64,000 nt of DNA, taken from Selaginella moellendorffii. Its lineage: Eukaryota > Plantae > Lycopodiophyta. The notes under the pieces were generated by a model that was not told the DNA's origin, made no database searches, and saw only the letters and a program-made list of their open reading frames with translations. A program made the translations under genes and the position numbers. The stretch lies in contig NW_003314282.1 of NCBI RefSeq assembly GCF_000143415.4, positions 1,321,374 through 1,385,373 on the forward strand, read 5' to 3'. The number at the start of each line of letters is the position of its first letter. Positions within the stretch are counted from its first letter, which is position 1. Of the stretch, positions 24,317 to 34,904 are shown in pieces.

Positions 24317-24920
24317 AAGCATCACGCAAGGTACTCTCTCTAGCCTAGTACCTGTTTTCTTCATTCTTTTTCAATTTCTTTTTTTTCGGTCTTGTTGCTC
24401 ACAGAACACGGCAAACGTTTAGTCTGCGATCTAAGATCATTCATGGGTGTTACGCATACGCTCGTCGCATGAACAGGCAAATCCAAGACTCTCTTGGTGG
24501 AGGCGAATGCTGCCATGGTTAAGTTAAGCATATAAGCATCAAGCAAGGTACTCTCTCTAGTACCAGTTTTCTTCTTTCTTTTTCATTTGATTTCTTTCGT
24601 GTTGCTCACAGAGCACGGCAAACTTTTAGTGTGCGATCTAAGACCATTCATGGGTGCTACGCATACGCCCGTCGCATGAACAGACAAATCAAAGACTCTT
24701 GGTGGAGGAGAATGCTGCCGTGGTTAAGTTAAGCATGTACATCGAGCTGGCTTACCAGTTTTCTTCTTTTTTTTTCTTTCTTGTTGTTCACAGAACACGG
24801 CAAACTTTAACTGTGCGATCTATAGATCATTCATGGGTGCTACAGCTATGTTCGTTGCATGAACAGACGAATCGCTTTCTCTCTCGACGAGGCGAATGCT
24901 GCTGTCCTTAAGTTAAGCAT
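24317..24920 (+). repeat. Three tandem copies of an intron+exon unit (about 200 bp), part of a putative small spliced transcript starting near 23940
   Basis: Units 24317-24533, 24534-24740 and about 24750-24920 share a polypyrimidine tract + CACAG|A(A/G)CACGGCAAAC...TTCATGGGTG...GAATGCTGC...TTAAGTTAAGCAT. Confidence 0.85.
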
Positions 24921-25912
24921 TTATCATTTGTCTCAAACTGGCCGACTCTTTGTTGTCAACTTCTTCCGCTGTGCATGTTTTCTTGACTGGTTTTGTAGTA
25001 GCAAGTAACTCGCAGCTACGTATTTATCAATGCATTGGTTGAAACCTTTAGCTTTGTTTTTGCTTTCTTTACCGCTGAATGGTGTTTGGACTCGTGTTTT
25101 GTTTGTTTCCTATAAGCGTGCGGTGCATAGTCTTGCTGACCGGCCTCTCAGTTCGTGAAGAACACTTGTTATCTACAGTTGACAAAATGGTCCCACCTGG
25201 AGATGGTCTGTCTCCCGTGACGTTGTGCTATAAGACTGTTGATATGTTCTAATCCTGTGGTGGTGGCGGCTTTGACAGGATGTTGAAAGGAGGTCTACCG
25301 AGCAAACAAGTGGATCTTGCTGCTGCTGCTGCTGCTACTACAAGCACTCTGCTCGAGATCAGCTAAGTTTTTCTTTTTACCCTCTTGAATTTCTAGGACT
25401 ACGTTTCCTCCTCGTTTTGAGTACGTGTTGCTCCAAACGTTCCTCACTTCCCATCGTGTCACCGATCAGTTTTTGATTCCTCGGGTCCCACTCTCACCCG
25501 GCTTTTCCATCGTTCCTTCACACCACCCGGGCTTGTCTTTGCAATTCTCTTTTCAATCATTTGTCTCTATTCAGCTCCCTTTTCCACACCGTCTGTTGTC
25601 CGATAGAGCTGCCACACCGCCACTCTAGCTCGCACTCTCTTTCTCTCTTCCTCTCTGCTCTCGCTCTTTCGAGCAAAAGCTCTCAGTCCTCGCACTGTAT
25701 GTGTTTTCTTGCGGACATCGATAACTACGTACGTATGTGGTTGCCCACGTGCCGATGTAACCAGTTTAGCTCAACACCGATAATGGTCTTCAGCACCTCT
25801 AACCTCTGATTCCAATTCGCCCTTGCTGTAGAGCTCTGTGCTTTTGAAAGGTAGGCTTTCGGCCTTTAGATGTGTGGAGTGTCTCACGTTTTTGCTACTT
25901 GATCGCAGGAGA

Positions 25913-27067
25913 ATGAACTCTAGATACAATGGAGAGAATTCTGTCACTGTGGTTCAGCAGCACACTCGGTTTCTTCCTGCCTATTCGCTCAGGTTCTCGG
26001 AATGGCTCAAGCCTTACGTGAGTCAACCCGTCTCGCAGCTGCCAGTTGCTATTCCGTTCTTCGACGCTCGTGTCAAAACATTTCCTTGGAAGGCTTCTTC
26101 GTCGCCTGGGATCAAAACAGAAGCGCAGCAATCGGACACCCCATATGTTTCAGTGCAGGCCTCGCCATCCAGTTCCAAGGAGGAGACATTGCCTTTTCTG
26201 AGCCTGGGCCCTCGTGCTGATCCAAAGAAGGAAATCCTACCAATATCGACTCCCATCCTACAGCCTTTGTATCGGGAAGAAAATGAAGAAGAAGAAGACC
26301 AGGATTCGACTAAAAGTGATGGAATTGGGAGCAGTAACGTAACAGTGGCACTAAGCATCGGTCCCCCAGTCCAGACAAGTGACGACGAGATAAAGAAGGC
26401 TTACGAAGCAGAGCGGCTTCAGCGGTGCAAAGGAAGGCTTTCCGAAGGACAGTACTGGATTCCCACTCCAGCACAGATTTTAGTCGGTCCAACACAATTT
26501 TCTTGTCCAGTGTGCAGCAAGAACTTCAATCGCTACAACAACATGCAGGTTCACTTCTTTTCTTTTCTTTTGAAACTGCAAGTTCAAGACAAACTTTTAT
26601 GTCCTTTGTTTCTCTTCCAGATGCATATGTGGGGGCATGGTTCTCAGTATCGGCGGGGACCAGAATCTTTGCGAGGTGCTCAGCCGACAGCCATGCTAAG
26701 GCTTCCATGCTACTGCTGCGCTGTTGGATGCCGTAACAACATCGACCATCCCCGTGCGAGGCCACTCAAGGACTTTCGGACACTCCAGACGCACTACAAG
26801 CGGAAGCACGGCATCAAGCCGTTTCCTTGCCGGAAGTGTGGCAAAGCGTTTGCTGTGCGAGGGGACTGGCGGACTCACGAGAAGAATTGCGGCAAGCTGT
26901 GGTACTGCTCTTGTGGCTCAGATTTCAAGCACAAGCGCTCCCTCAAGGACCACATCCGTGCCTTTGGAAACGGGCATGCTTCCTGCGGAATTGAGGAGGA
27001 TTTCGACGGCCAGCACTCTGAGGACGACGACTGCTCCAACTCGCAGCAGTCCGCAGGCTCGCAGTGA
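25913..27067 (+). CDS. WIP: WIP-family C2H2 zinc-finger transcription factor (NTT/WIP2/TT1-like; intron 26549-26620)
   Basis: [21 protein letters not shown]...NRYNNMQ|[35 protein letters not shown] and [16 protein letters not shown]. Confidence 0.95.
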   Translation: MNSRYNGENSVTVVQQHTRFLPAYSLRFSEWLKPYVSQPVSQLPVAIPFFDARVKTFPWKASSSPGIKTEAQQSDTPYVSVQASPSSSKEETLPFLSLGPRADPKKEILPISTPILQPLYREENEEEEDQDSTKSDGIGSSNVTVALSIGPPVQTSDDEIKKAYEAERLQRCKGRLSEGQYWIPTPAQILVGPTQFSCPVCSKNFNRYNNMQVHFFSFLLKLQVQDKLLCPLFLFQMHMWGHGSQYRRGPESLRGAQPTAMLRLPCYCCAVGCRNNIDHPRARPLKDFRTLQTHYKRKHGIKPFPCRKCGKAFAVRGDWRTHEKNCGKLWYCSCGSDFKHKRSLKDHIRAFGNGHASCGIEEDFDGQHSEDDDCSNSQQSAGSQ

Positions 27068-30000
27068 CGCAGGTAAGTCGGAGTTTACGTTCCATTTCTA
27101 ACGGTTTCGGTGGTTTTTACTCATCAATGGTTGCTCTCTCTTGCAGGAGGAATTGGCTGTAACTAGGATCTAATCGAAGGAAAGAAAGAAGAGTCGGAAA
27201 GTCCAGCGGTCTCCAGCGCACCAATGCGCTGTTGAAACGGAGCCAAGTTTCGTGCGGAGTCGAGCTAGGCTCTGGATGTGTTTCTTTTGTGTTGAGGTAC
27301 TGTAAATATGACCAGTGACTTTTGTTCTCATCCTACAGATTTCTCAAATCAGATCAGCGCTGGGGGCCTCTTTCTCGCCCGTGAGAAGTGAAAACAACTC
27401 GAGGCTCACATGCTCCGTGTTGCCACGGTCGAGGACAGAAATCCCTGTAACTCGCCAGGAAAGAAACACTTTGATCTCTGATTTCTAGGCTGCTCGATCG
27501 AGAGTGATTTTCTTTTCCCCTCCTCGATCCACTTCTAAAGTTTGTTTGCGATCGATCACCAGCGATTGCATTCTTTTTGTTTTCCTCGCAGACGAGACAA
27601 AGGCGGATTCAAGCAAAGAATATGGATCGTCGTGACGGATCTGGTCAGTTCCTCTCGACCAGATCTTTTCCTCGCTTGTTTAATCGATCGATCGGTTGGT
27701 TGATTCTCTCTCGTCTCGTTTTGGTGCACGAACTCCGCAAAAGGAGTGGCATTTTCTCGAAGAACAATGGAACGTGTCTCTAGCTTGGTTCGAAGTGGGG
27801 GACAAGGACAAAAGATATGGATCTAAAGTAAAAGAGAAAGTTTATAAATGGAAAGTTTATCTTCGTTTCTCTAACAGGAAATCTTACAGGGAACGTGCTC
27901 CCGTTTTGTCGGTGCCCGCCGTTATGTTCACCGCGGACATGTGCCACGTGCCATGACCACATGGGCCCGCGCGTGAGGTCATAGATTCAGGCACACCGTA
28001 CGGCCGACAAGCCGGCGGGAAGATCGCCGGCTGCGACACGTGGCAGTTGACTATCGCTCCGCCTCGCGACCGGGCTTGCTCGGCGTGGTGGTATTATTTT
28101 CTTTGTTTTGTTTTTTCGGTTGAGAAAATATTGCCTCACAAATTAGTCTCGAAGTCAATTGTGTTTGACCTTCCTTCTCAGCTACATTGTGCTCCGGGAA
28201 AACGAGAAAAACAAACAAAAGAAAAAAGAAAACGAAGGATACGAAGGACGTTGTCATTGTTGGTCGGTGCAATAAAAAACACAAATACAGAGAAGAAAAA
28301 CAAAACAAGCTCAAGCCAAGTTATGCTGAGTGAAGAATAAAGTACAAGACATTTCTTTGTTCTTTAGTTTCCTTAATCAAAAGTATGAAAGGCATTATTA
28401 AAAATACAGGCTCAGGATCTATATCAAGAGAAGAGAAGACTTCTTTCAGCAACATGAAATATATGGCAACGAATATATGATTGCGCATGGGGGCAAAGGA
28501 GAGAAAATAAAACAAGCCAAGTTTAAGAAAAAAATACCAAAAAGAAAATTTCAAGATACTATTCATTGACTCTTTTGTTAATTTTTTTCGTTTTCTTGTT
28601 TTCCTTGCGTTCTGAACTTCTGACTGGACAAAAAAAAAAGCGATCAGATTTGCCTGCGTTGCCTGCAGCTGATAAAGCCGAGTTGCGAGACGAAGATCTC
28701 GCAAAATTTTCTTCTCCTTTTTCTTGGCAGCAGAGCACGATAGCTTGTCCTTGCCCTGCAGCCTGCGTTGCAACAATGCATGCACGCCTCTCCCTCTCTT
28801 TCGATGGCTTTCCCCTACTTTGCTTTTAAATTATGATATCGCCATGGCCAGGCTTCGCCTTGTTCTTTCTGGACATGCTCCTTAAAACTGGTGACTGACC
28901 CCTGATCGCATTCAATGCCAGCATCTAGGACGAAAACGTGGACGTGGATTTATTCTTGAAGCGTGAAAGATCAGAGATCATCATCAAACAAAGCTCTTAT
29001 GTCTTGTTCAACTCTAAAGTTACGCGCTTGTAAACCTTTGGATAACTTTCTTGGGATTTGATCACTCGTTTTCACTTGCTGCCAAGAGCTCCGAGGCATG
29101 ACGCAAGGAATACCCCCAGCAAGAAAAAAGCTACAAAAACTCAGGCCAGACTTTCGTGGAACCGTAGCTGTGTCTCTTCAACCCGACTTGACATCTTGGC
29201 TTTGACAATTACCTCGCGTTGTTACAAAGCTTTCGCCTCCTCCAGAGCGCTCTAGCATAAATAGAAAGGCCTTACGTTGCTCACAGTGTCGCTGTCCATC
29301 GTCTTTGATATAAACACTATATATGTTGAAGGGTGGTGCTCTTGCAAGTCTTTTCGTCCCACCAAAGCCAGCATAATCAGTCCAAAGAATTTGCAGCCCA
29401 GTATATATGCCGCAGCGATCACGTCTCTTTCTCGCAGACTTTTGATCTGGAAAACATGGCTATTAATCTTATCCGTGATCACAAAACCCAAAGATTATCA
29501 CATCTTGAACATGGAGAGCATTCATCCCAGGACAAAGCCGTCCCAGCACAGACAACGTATACTTCACGTAAGTTATGGTAAGGGAGCCTTCAACACATTC
29601 CCTTCTCAACAACACAAGCTCTCCAGCTAGCCGGCCCTGCCAGGTCCACACCACATCAATCAATCAAACAGGTACTTTAATCACATGGGGGGACCACTCG
29701 CTCACACCGATCCAGATCACCCAAGTTATTGACTTGACAAAAAACATCGTATCAAATGATCCTGGCAGGAATTTTCTCTTCATCACAACTTCGCCTGCCG
29801 ATTCAAGTGTGGAGAAGGACCAACTTGGTCTACTGCTTGTTTTTCTTTTTTTCTAATACTCGTTCGAGGTCTTTTTTCTAGAAGTGCACATCTGGTCAGG
29901 GCGGGGTGCGTACATATATACGCAGAACATATTAAAGATATTTTGCCTTTCCATCCATCAAATACTTAACGTTTTGGCTCGAGTTTGAGCCCAAATTCCT

Positions 30001-30291
30001 CATATTGAATTTGTCTGCGTCACAAGTTCCACCCACAAAGTAGAAACAAGCACGATCAATGTTTTCAGCCATCATAAAACTTGTATTTAAATTACACTAC
30101 GTTTCAAAGCAGCCACTGAAAATACGGAGTAAGAGGTACAAGAGAGAGTTAAAAGTGTTTAAAGGAAGTTAGTGTCCTGCGAGCTTTCCATTTCAATCAT
30201 GTTTCAACTTGAAGAAGCAATCACCAGTTTTCAATCTTTTGGTTTTGTGTGAAACATAATTTGTGAGTTGACTTCTCCAGGATCATAGCGC

Positions 30292-31990
30292 TCAGATAAT
30301 AGTTGGAGCATACTCGCATGATGCGTAGCCTGAGAATGCAGTACATGCAATCGTTATCAATCACGAGGACAAACATCAGTAATTCCTTTACGATGTACTT
30401 CAAATTCAATGCAACTCTTTCACTGAAGCATGGAGCACACCTCTCAGAAGTAAAAGAACACAAAGAAGAAAAAAAGAAAAGCATTCAAAGAGAAAATAAG
30501 GAGAGCTTTGATCTTACTTGGATCGCTGGAAGTTAGAAACGCAGCCCCGTTGAAAACACAGCTCCCTCCGTTCGTCCTCTGGAGAAAGTAGTACGCGTTG
30601 AAAACGATCGAGGCGTGAGAGATTGTGGTGTTTGGCAAGAAGCAAGGTTGGCCGGGATCAGTGATCAAGCTACAATTGACACCACCCGGGCCGCAAGCAA
30701 AATCTATGCCACCCTGGAGCTGGCTAGTCGAAGCACTCTGGTTAGCAACGCACCATATCTTAGCAGTACCTGGTAAAGGCTCGGGTGGCGGCAATGCCAT
30801 GGGTTTGTAGTCACCATCGCTAAGCCTGCCAGTAAGATCGATCTCGTACTTTTGAATCGCGGTGGAACCATTGTCTGCAATCGCAAAGAGTCCCCAGTTT
30901 CTCTCGGTGACCGGGCCGGGTTTGAGATTCTCATTGAAGAGCGCGAAGATGAAAGCTGGGATTTGCTGGTGTGGTCGCTTTGGAGTGCCGAGCGGAGGCT
31001 TTGTTGCGAGCTTCTTGGCCAGGCGGCGATTGTAGAGCGCGGCATTGTAAAAGTTGGCGCCTCGCTCGTCGATTCCACCCTTGGTTGGCCACCCGGTCTC
31101 GGCCAAGCCGAGCTTCACGCTCTCGTGGCCGAGCTTGGCCATGGCGGCGGTGATCGAGTCGAGCTGGATGTCGAGCAGATTGTCATAGACGAGGCCATTC
31201 CCGGGGTCCCGGTATGGAGTTCCGGATCCATTGAAGAGCGCAAAGTTGATGGGAACGGTGGCGCGGTTAAACTCCCAGGTGAAGAAGGGATACGCGTCCA
31301 CGAAGAAGGGCGAGTTTGTGGAGTGCAGAAACTCCAGCATGGGGCGGATGATTGGCTCGGCTATGTCGTCCCTGAAAGTTCCATTGGAAGGAGGGAAGAC
31401 GTAGCCCTGGAGAACGTTTAGTAGCGCGTGAGGAGTGCTAACTTTGATCTTGCGATGGAGCCCGAGCTTGGCAAGAGATCTGTGGATGTTCTTCATGGCC
31501 GGCACGAGTTTTGGCCATGTGGATTGCCGGATGCTAAAGTCCGAGAGAATCTCGTTCCCGATGAGAACCGTCCGGATTCTAGTGAATGGGTAGTACGCCG
31601 TGACGTTGGACTTAACCCATTCGTCCGCGAAGCTCTGGCTGGATGCTACGCTCGGGATCTGCTGGTTGGGCACCATGACCGTCACTTTGACGCTCGTGTT
31701 CGCCAGGGCGGAGAGGATCGAAGGATTTGCATCGTAGATCTTGACTCTCCCGAGTTTGAGCTGCCGGATGAGCTCCACGGACTTGAGCGGCACGGGGAGA
31801 TTGTTGCCGAGCTGACCATAGTTCACGCCGATTGGGTAGTAGTGGTAGCGATGATTGTGAACTTTGGAAGATCATGGATGATGTTAGATCCAGAGATCTT
31901 GACTACTTTAGATCCTAAAAAATGAAGCTCACCTGGGATTGCCTCACTGGGTCCGAGTAGGAGCAGCAACAGTAGCAAGGCTGTGGCCAT
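30292..31990 (-). CDS. Glucan endo-1,3-beta-glucosidase (GH17 + X8), exons 31990-31933, 31861-30518, 30329-30292
   Basis: Signal peptide, IGVNYG, catalytic IGNE and AETGWP, FALFNENLKPGPVTERNWGLF, X8 domain, and last exon SYASCEYAPTII* with no GPI tail. Confidence 0.93.
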
Positions 31991-32199
31991 TTTCTTCTTT
32001 CCTTGGCTAGTGTTTGGTGGTCCAAGAAAATTGAAACGGAATGCCGCCCTAAACATTTTTTAAAACAATTATAAATGGAATCAAAGCCGGCATGACTGTA
32101 TATTTTATTTTTATAAAAAAATATTTGTCAATAAAATCGTTGATCAGTTTGATTAAAAGTAACCAAAGGTAAGAATATAATTAAGTCAGGCAAAGGCCT

Positions 32200-33480
32200 C
32201 AGCCATCTCTTGAAATCTCAGCTTCACATCAAGCTCTCATATCCATTCCCAAGTAGTTGGAATGTTGGAGCTGATTGTTGCAAGCTTGTAGGAATTCAAG
32301 TGGAGACTCTAACATGTAGAAATACACCAGAAGCAATGTAAATCTGTAAATCACCTCATCACCAAAACAGCATAGAACTTGAACAAACCAGGATCGTCGT
32401 ACCATTCATCAGGAAGTGATCGTGTGAGAAATCCACAGAAGGTGATTGCCCACAGTAGAAGCACCATCCTCCAATCCATGCTCATTGTAGAACAGATAGC
32501 ACTCACGCCTCCAACGAACAAGCTGTATGCAATCATTTTCTTGTGACCCAAGAGAGCATATAGAATCACTTCATACATTCAAATTTACCTTGAAAGGCAT
32601 AGGGGAACTTACTTGATGAGAATATAAACAAAAGTGTCCGAATCCTGTAGTTAATTGAGGTGGTTACAGTATGACAAGCATCCACAACCCATATGTAGTG
32701 AAGAAATGACTGACAAGATTCATCAAGAGCTGACACCGTATGATCTCTTCTTACAGATCTTTTCAAATTCTTTGGTAAACTGTTTCTTGTTGCCTTGACA
32801 GACTCCCTCAAAGCTTCAAAAGCTATGTGGGATGGGTTGTTAAAGCCAACTGATGAGTATGATATTGGTGCTCCTTAGGCATCCAGAATAATTTGATCAG
32901 CCAAGTGTTGCCCAAAACATTACCAATGGGAGACTTTCACAGGTTGGAAAGAACTCTCAAGAGATTATGTGGCATCTCAATATCTAAGCATACATTATAT
33001 ATTTTTTATTATTACATGGTCAAAATGATTGCTTTCAGCTAAACTTTCAAGATGGGCAAACTCTGCAAGAGTCATAAGACCATAAATTTGGTATTAAAAC
33101 ACCAATATCTGAAAACTCAGAATAAGAGTATGATGTTTCAAATTAATTTCATTTCACATTTTGTTGTAGAAGTTTGAGCTAATGCAGTAGGATTTATATA
33201 TAGTTCTTATGTTCAAGTTATAATATTCTATATGGTGTTTAAGTTGTGGATTTGGGAATCATACTCATAAATTTAAACGAAGCGTCACATATTCTTCTAA
33301 GATTCTAAGATCTAACGGCTGAAATTTGAATGTAAAAAGTCTCCAAATGACACAGACGCAGGTTGTGGCCAAAGCACCGTTAGTTGCAGGAGATAGCATT
33401 TGAGACTTTTGCATCTTTCGAGCTTGCCTTTCTTTCTCTGTGTTGGCCCATTTCAACACCAAGGCAGAAGATGCACCCTG
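32200..33480 (-). pseudogene. Possible degenerate gene fragments (one hydrophobic exon-like segment at 32351-32578), unidentified
   Basis: Short ORF with TM-like stretches and some splice-like signals. No complete frame or family motif was recovered. Confidence 0.2.
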
Positions 33481-34904
33481 AAAGTAGTGAATGTAATTTA
33501 TGCATTAGCAATTTATGAAAAAAAAAACCTAATACTAAAGCCAAACTCAATCAAAGGGATAGATCAATTTTAAGTGATATTCTCAGAAAATGCATGGGTT
33601 AAAATGTAAATTGCTTGCAAAAAAACATGTGACTTAAGAGATTGGGAGTTTGCTCAGACTTGCAAGCAAAACAGATTGAGTGAGATAAATCAAATGGCAC
33701 ATTCTCAAGAGAGAATGCCTGAGAGAACTGTGGTGATTTTGCACGGTTCTCATTGGAGCTTATGCTCTACTCAATTACAGCGAGGAGATGAAAAGGATCT
33801 TTGAATTTGCATTACATGGATTCAGACTCATGCAAAGCAATTGCAGAAGCAGAAATTGTGATACAAGGCAGAGATTATATGTCAAGGGATACAATACTTA
33901 GCCCATCATGGTTTTCTGTTCAATTTGATCCCTAAGAGAAGGATCTCTCAGACTCATACAATAATAACCCCTGTGAGAGCTGTTTATTCTTTCCACATCC
34001 ATAGCACTTTCAATACATTCTCACCTAGATGCATTTATGTTTTTTCTTAAGGCCATACTAATATACTGAATCTCTGTCCAAAAACAGAGAACGATCTAGG
34101 ACCCTATTCTATTCAAAACTCCACCTCTTTTCTTGTGATTTTCCAGTAGGACCTTGCTTAGGGCACCTCATTTTATAAAAAATTTCCAAAAACTTAACCT
34201 TGAATCAAAGCCTGTTGTCAACAATAACCACTTCCCAGGATAAGAAAGCAAAACAACTAACACACATTGTACCAATCATGAGTGGTAACAAGAAGCTCTT
34301 TTACTATTTGATAATTGGCAAGAAAATACCAAAAAATCAGTGTTAAAGTCACCAACCAAACCAAACCAAAGAAATGAAAAGGCACTATGCCTAGGGTTTG
34401 AAGAATGGACATGGAGATAGGTAATTGTAGGACAGCAAACTAAACCGTACATAATATCTTTCTTTATAGGCATGAATGAACCTAAAAGGTGACAAGGAAA
34501 AAGACAAAGATATAGAGAGAGGAACAAAAACTCATTTTCAGATATTGTCCAAGATTTCCTAGCCAAAGACATAAATGTTATGATGGTGCTGAAAACACTC
34601 ATCTAGCAAAAGTTAACAAACTATGTGAGGCTTCCTGCTATTAGCCTTCTTGTTGTTAGTTTGGCAAAGGATAAAGGATGCAAAATGAGGCAAGTGATTT
34701 CTTTATTTTATTATCATGATGTTTGTTTAATATGAAAGTATGCCTTTGTGAGTGCAAAATACAAAAAATGTGTATATTAATTAGCCCAAAAACCCTAATT
34801 TATATACAGGAGTGAGTGGTCCATTGAAACCAATCTGACGGCTACTAAAATCCCACTATGCTAATATTAATATATAACATCATAGCTGTACACTTGAACT
34901 TCAC

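Noticed and set aside
24317-24920. CRISPR-like or snoRNA-cluster reading of the triple repeat
   Set aside because: Eukaryotic context, units of about 200 bp with no unique spacers, and no consistently placed C/D or H/ACA boxes seen.
28720-28800. miR408-like string ATGCACGCCTCTCCCT
   Set aside because: Needs two deletions relative to miR408, and the upstream arm does not pair to form a precursor hairpin.
30400-30440. Alternative last exon for the glucanase (SVLHASVKELH*)
   Set aside because: Weak GAG acceptor and it lacks the final X8 cysteine. The exon at 30329-30292 restores SY.SC.Y.
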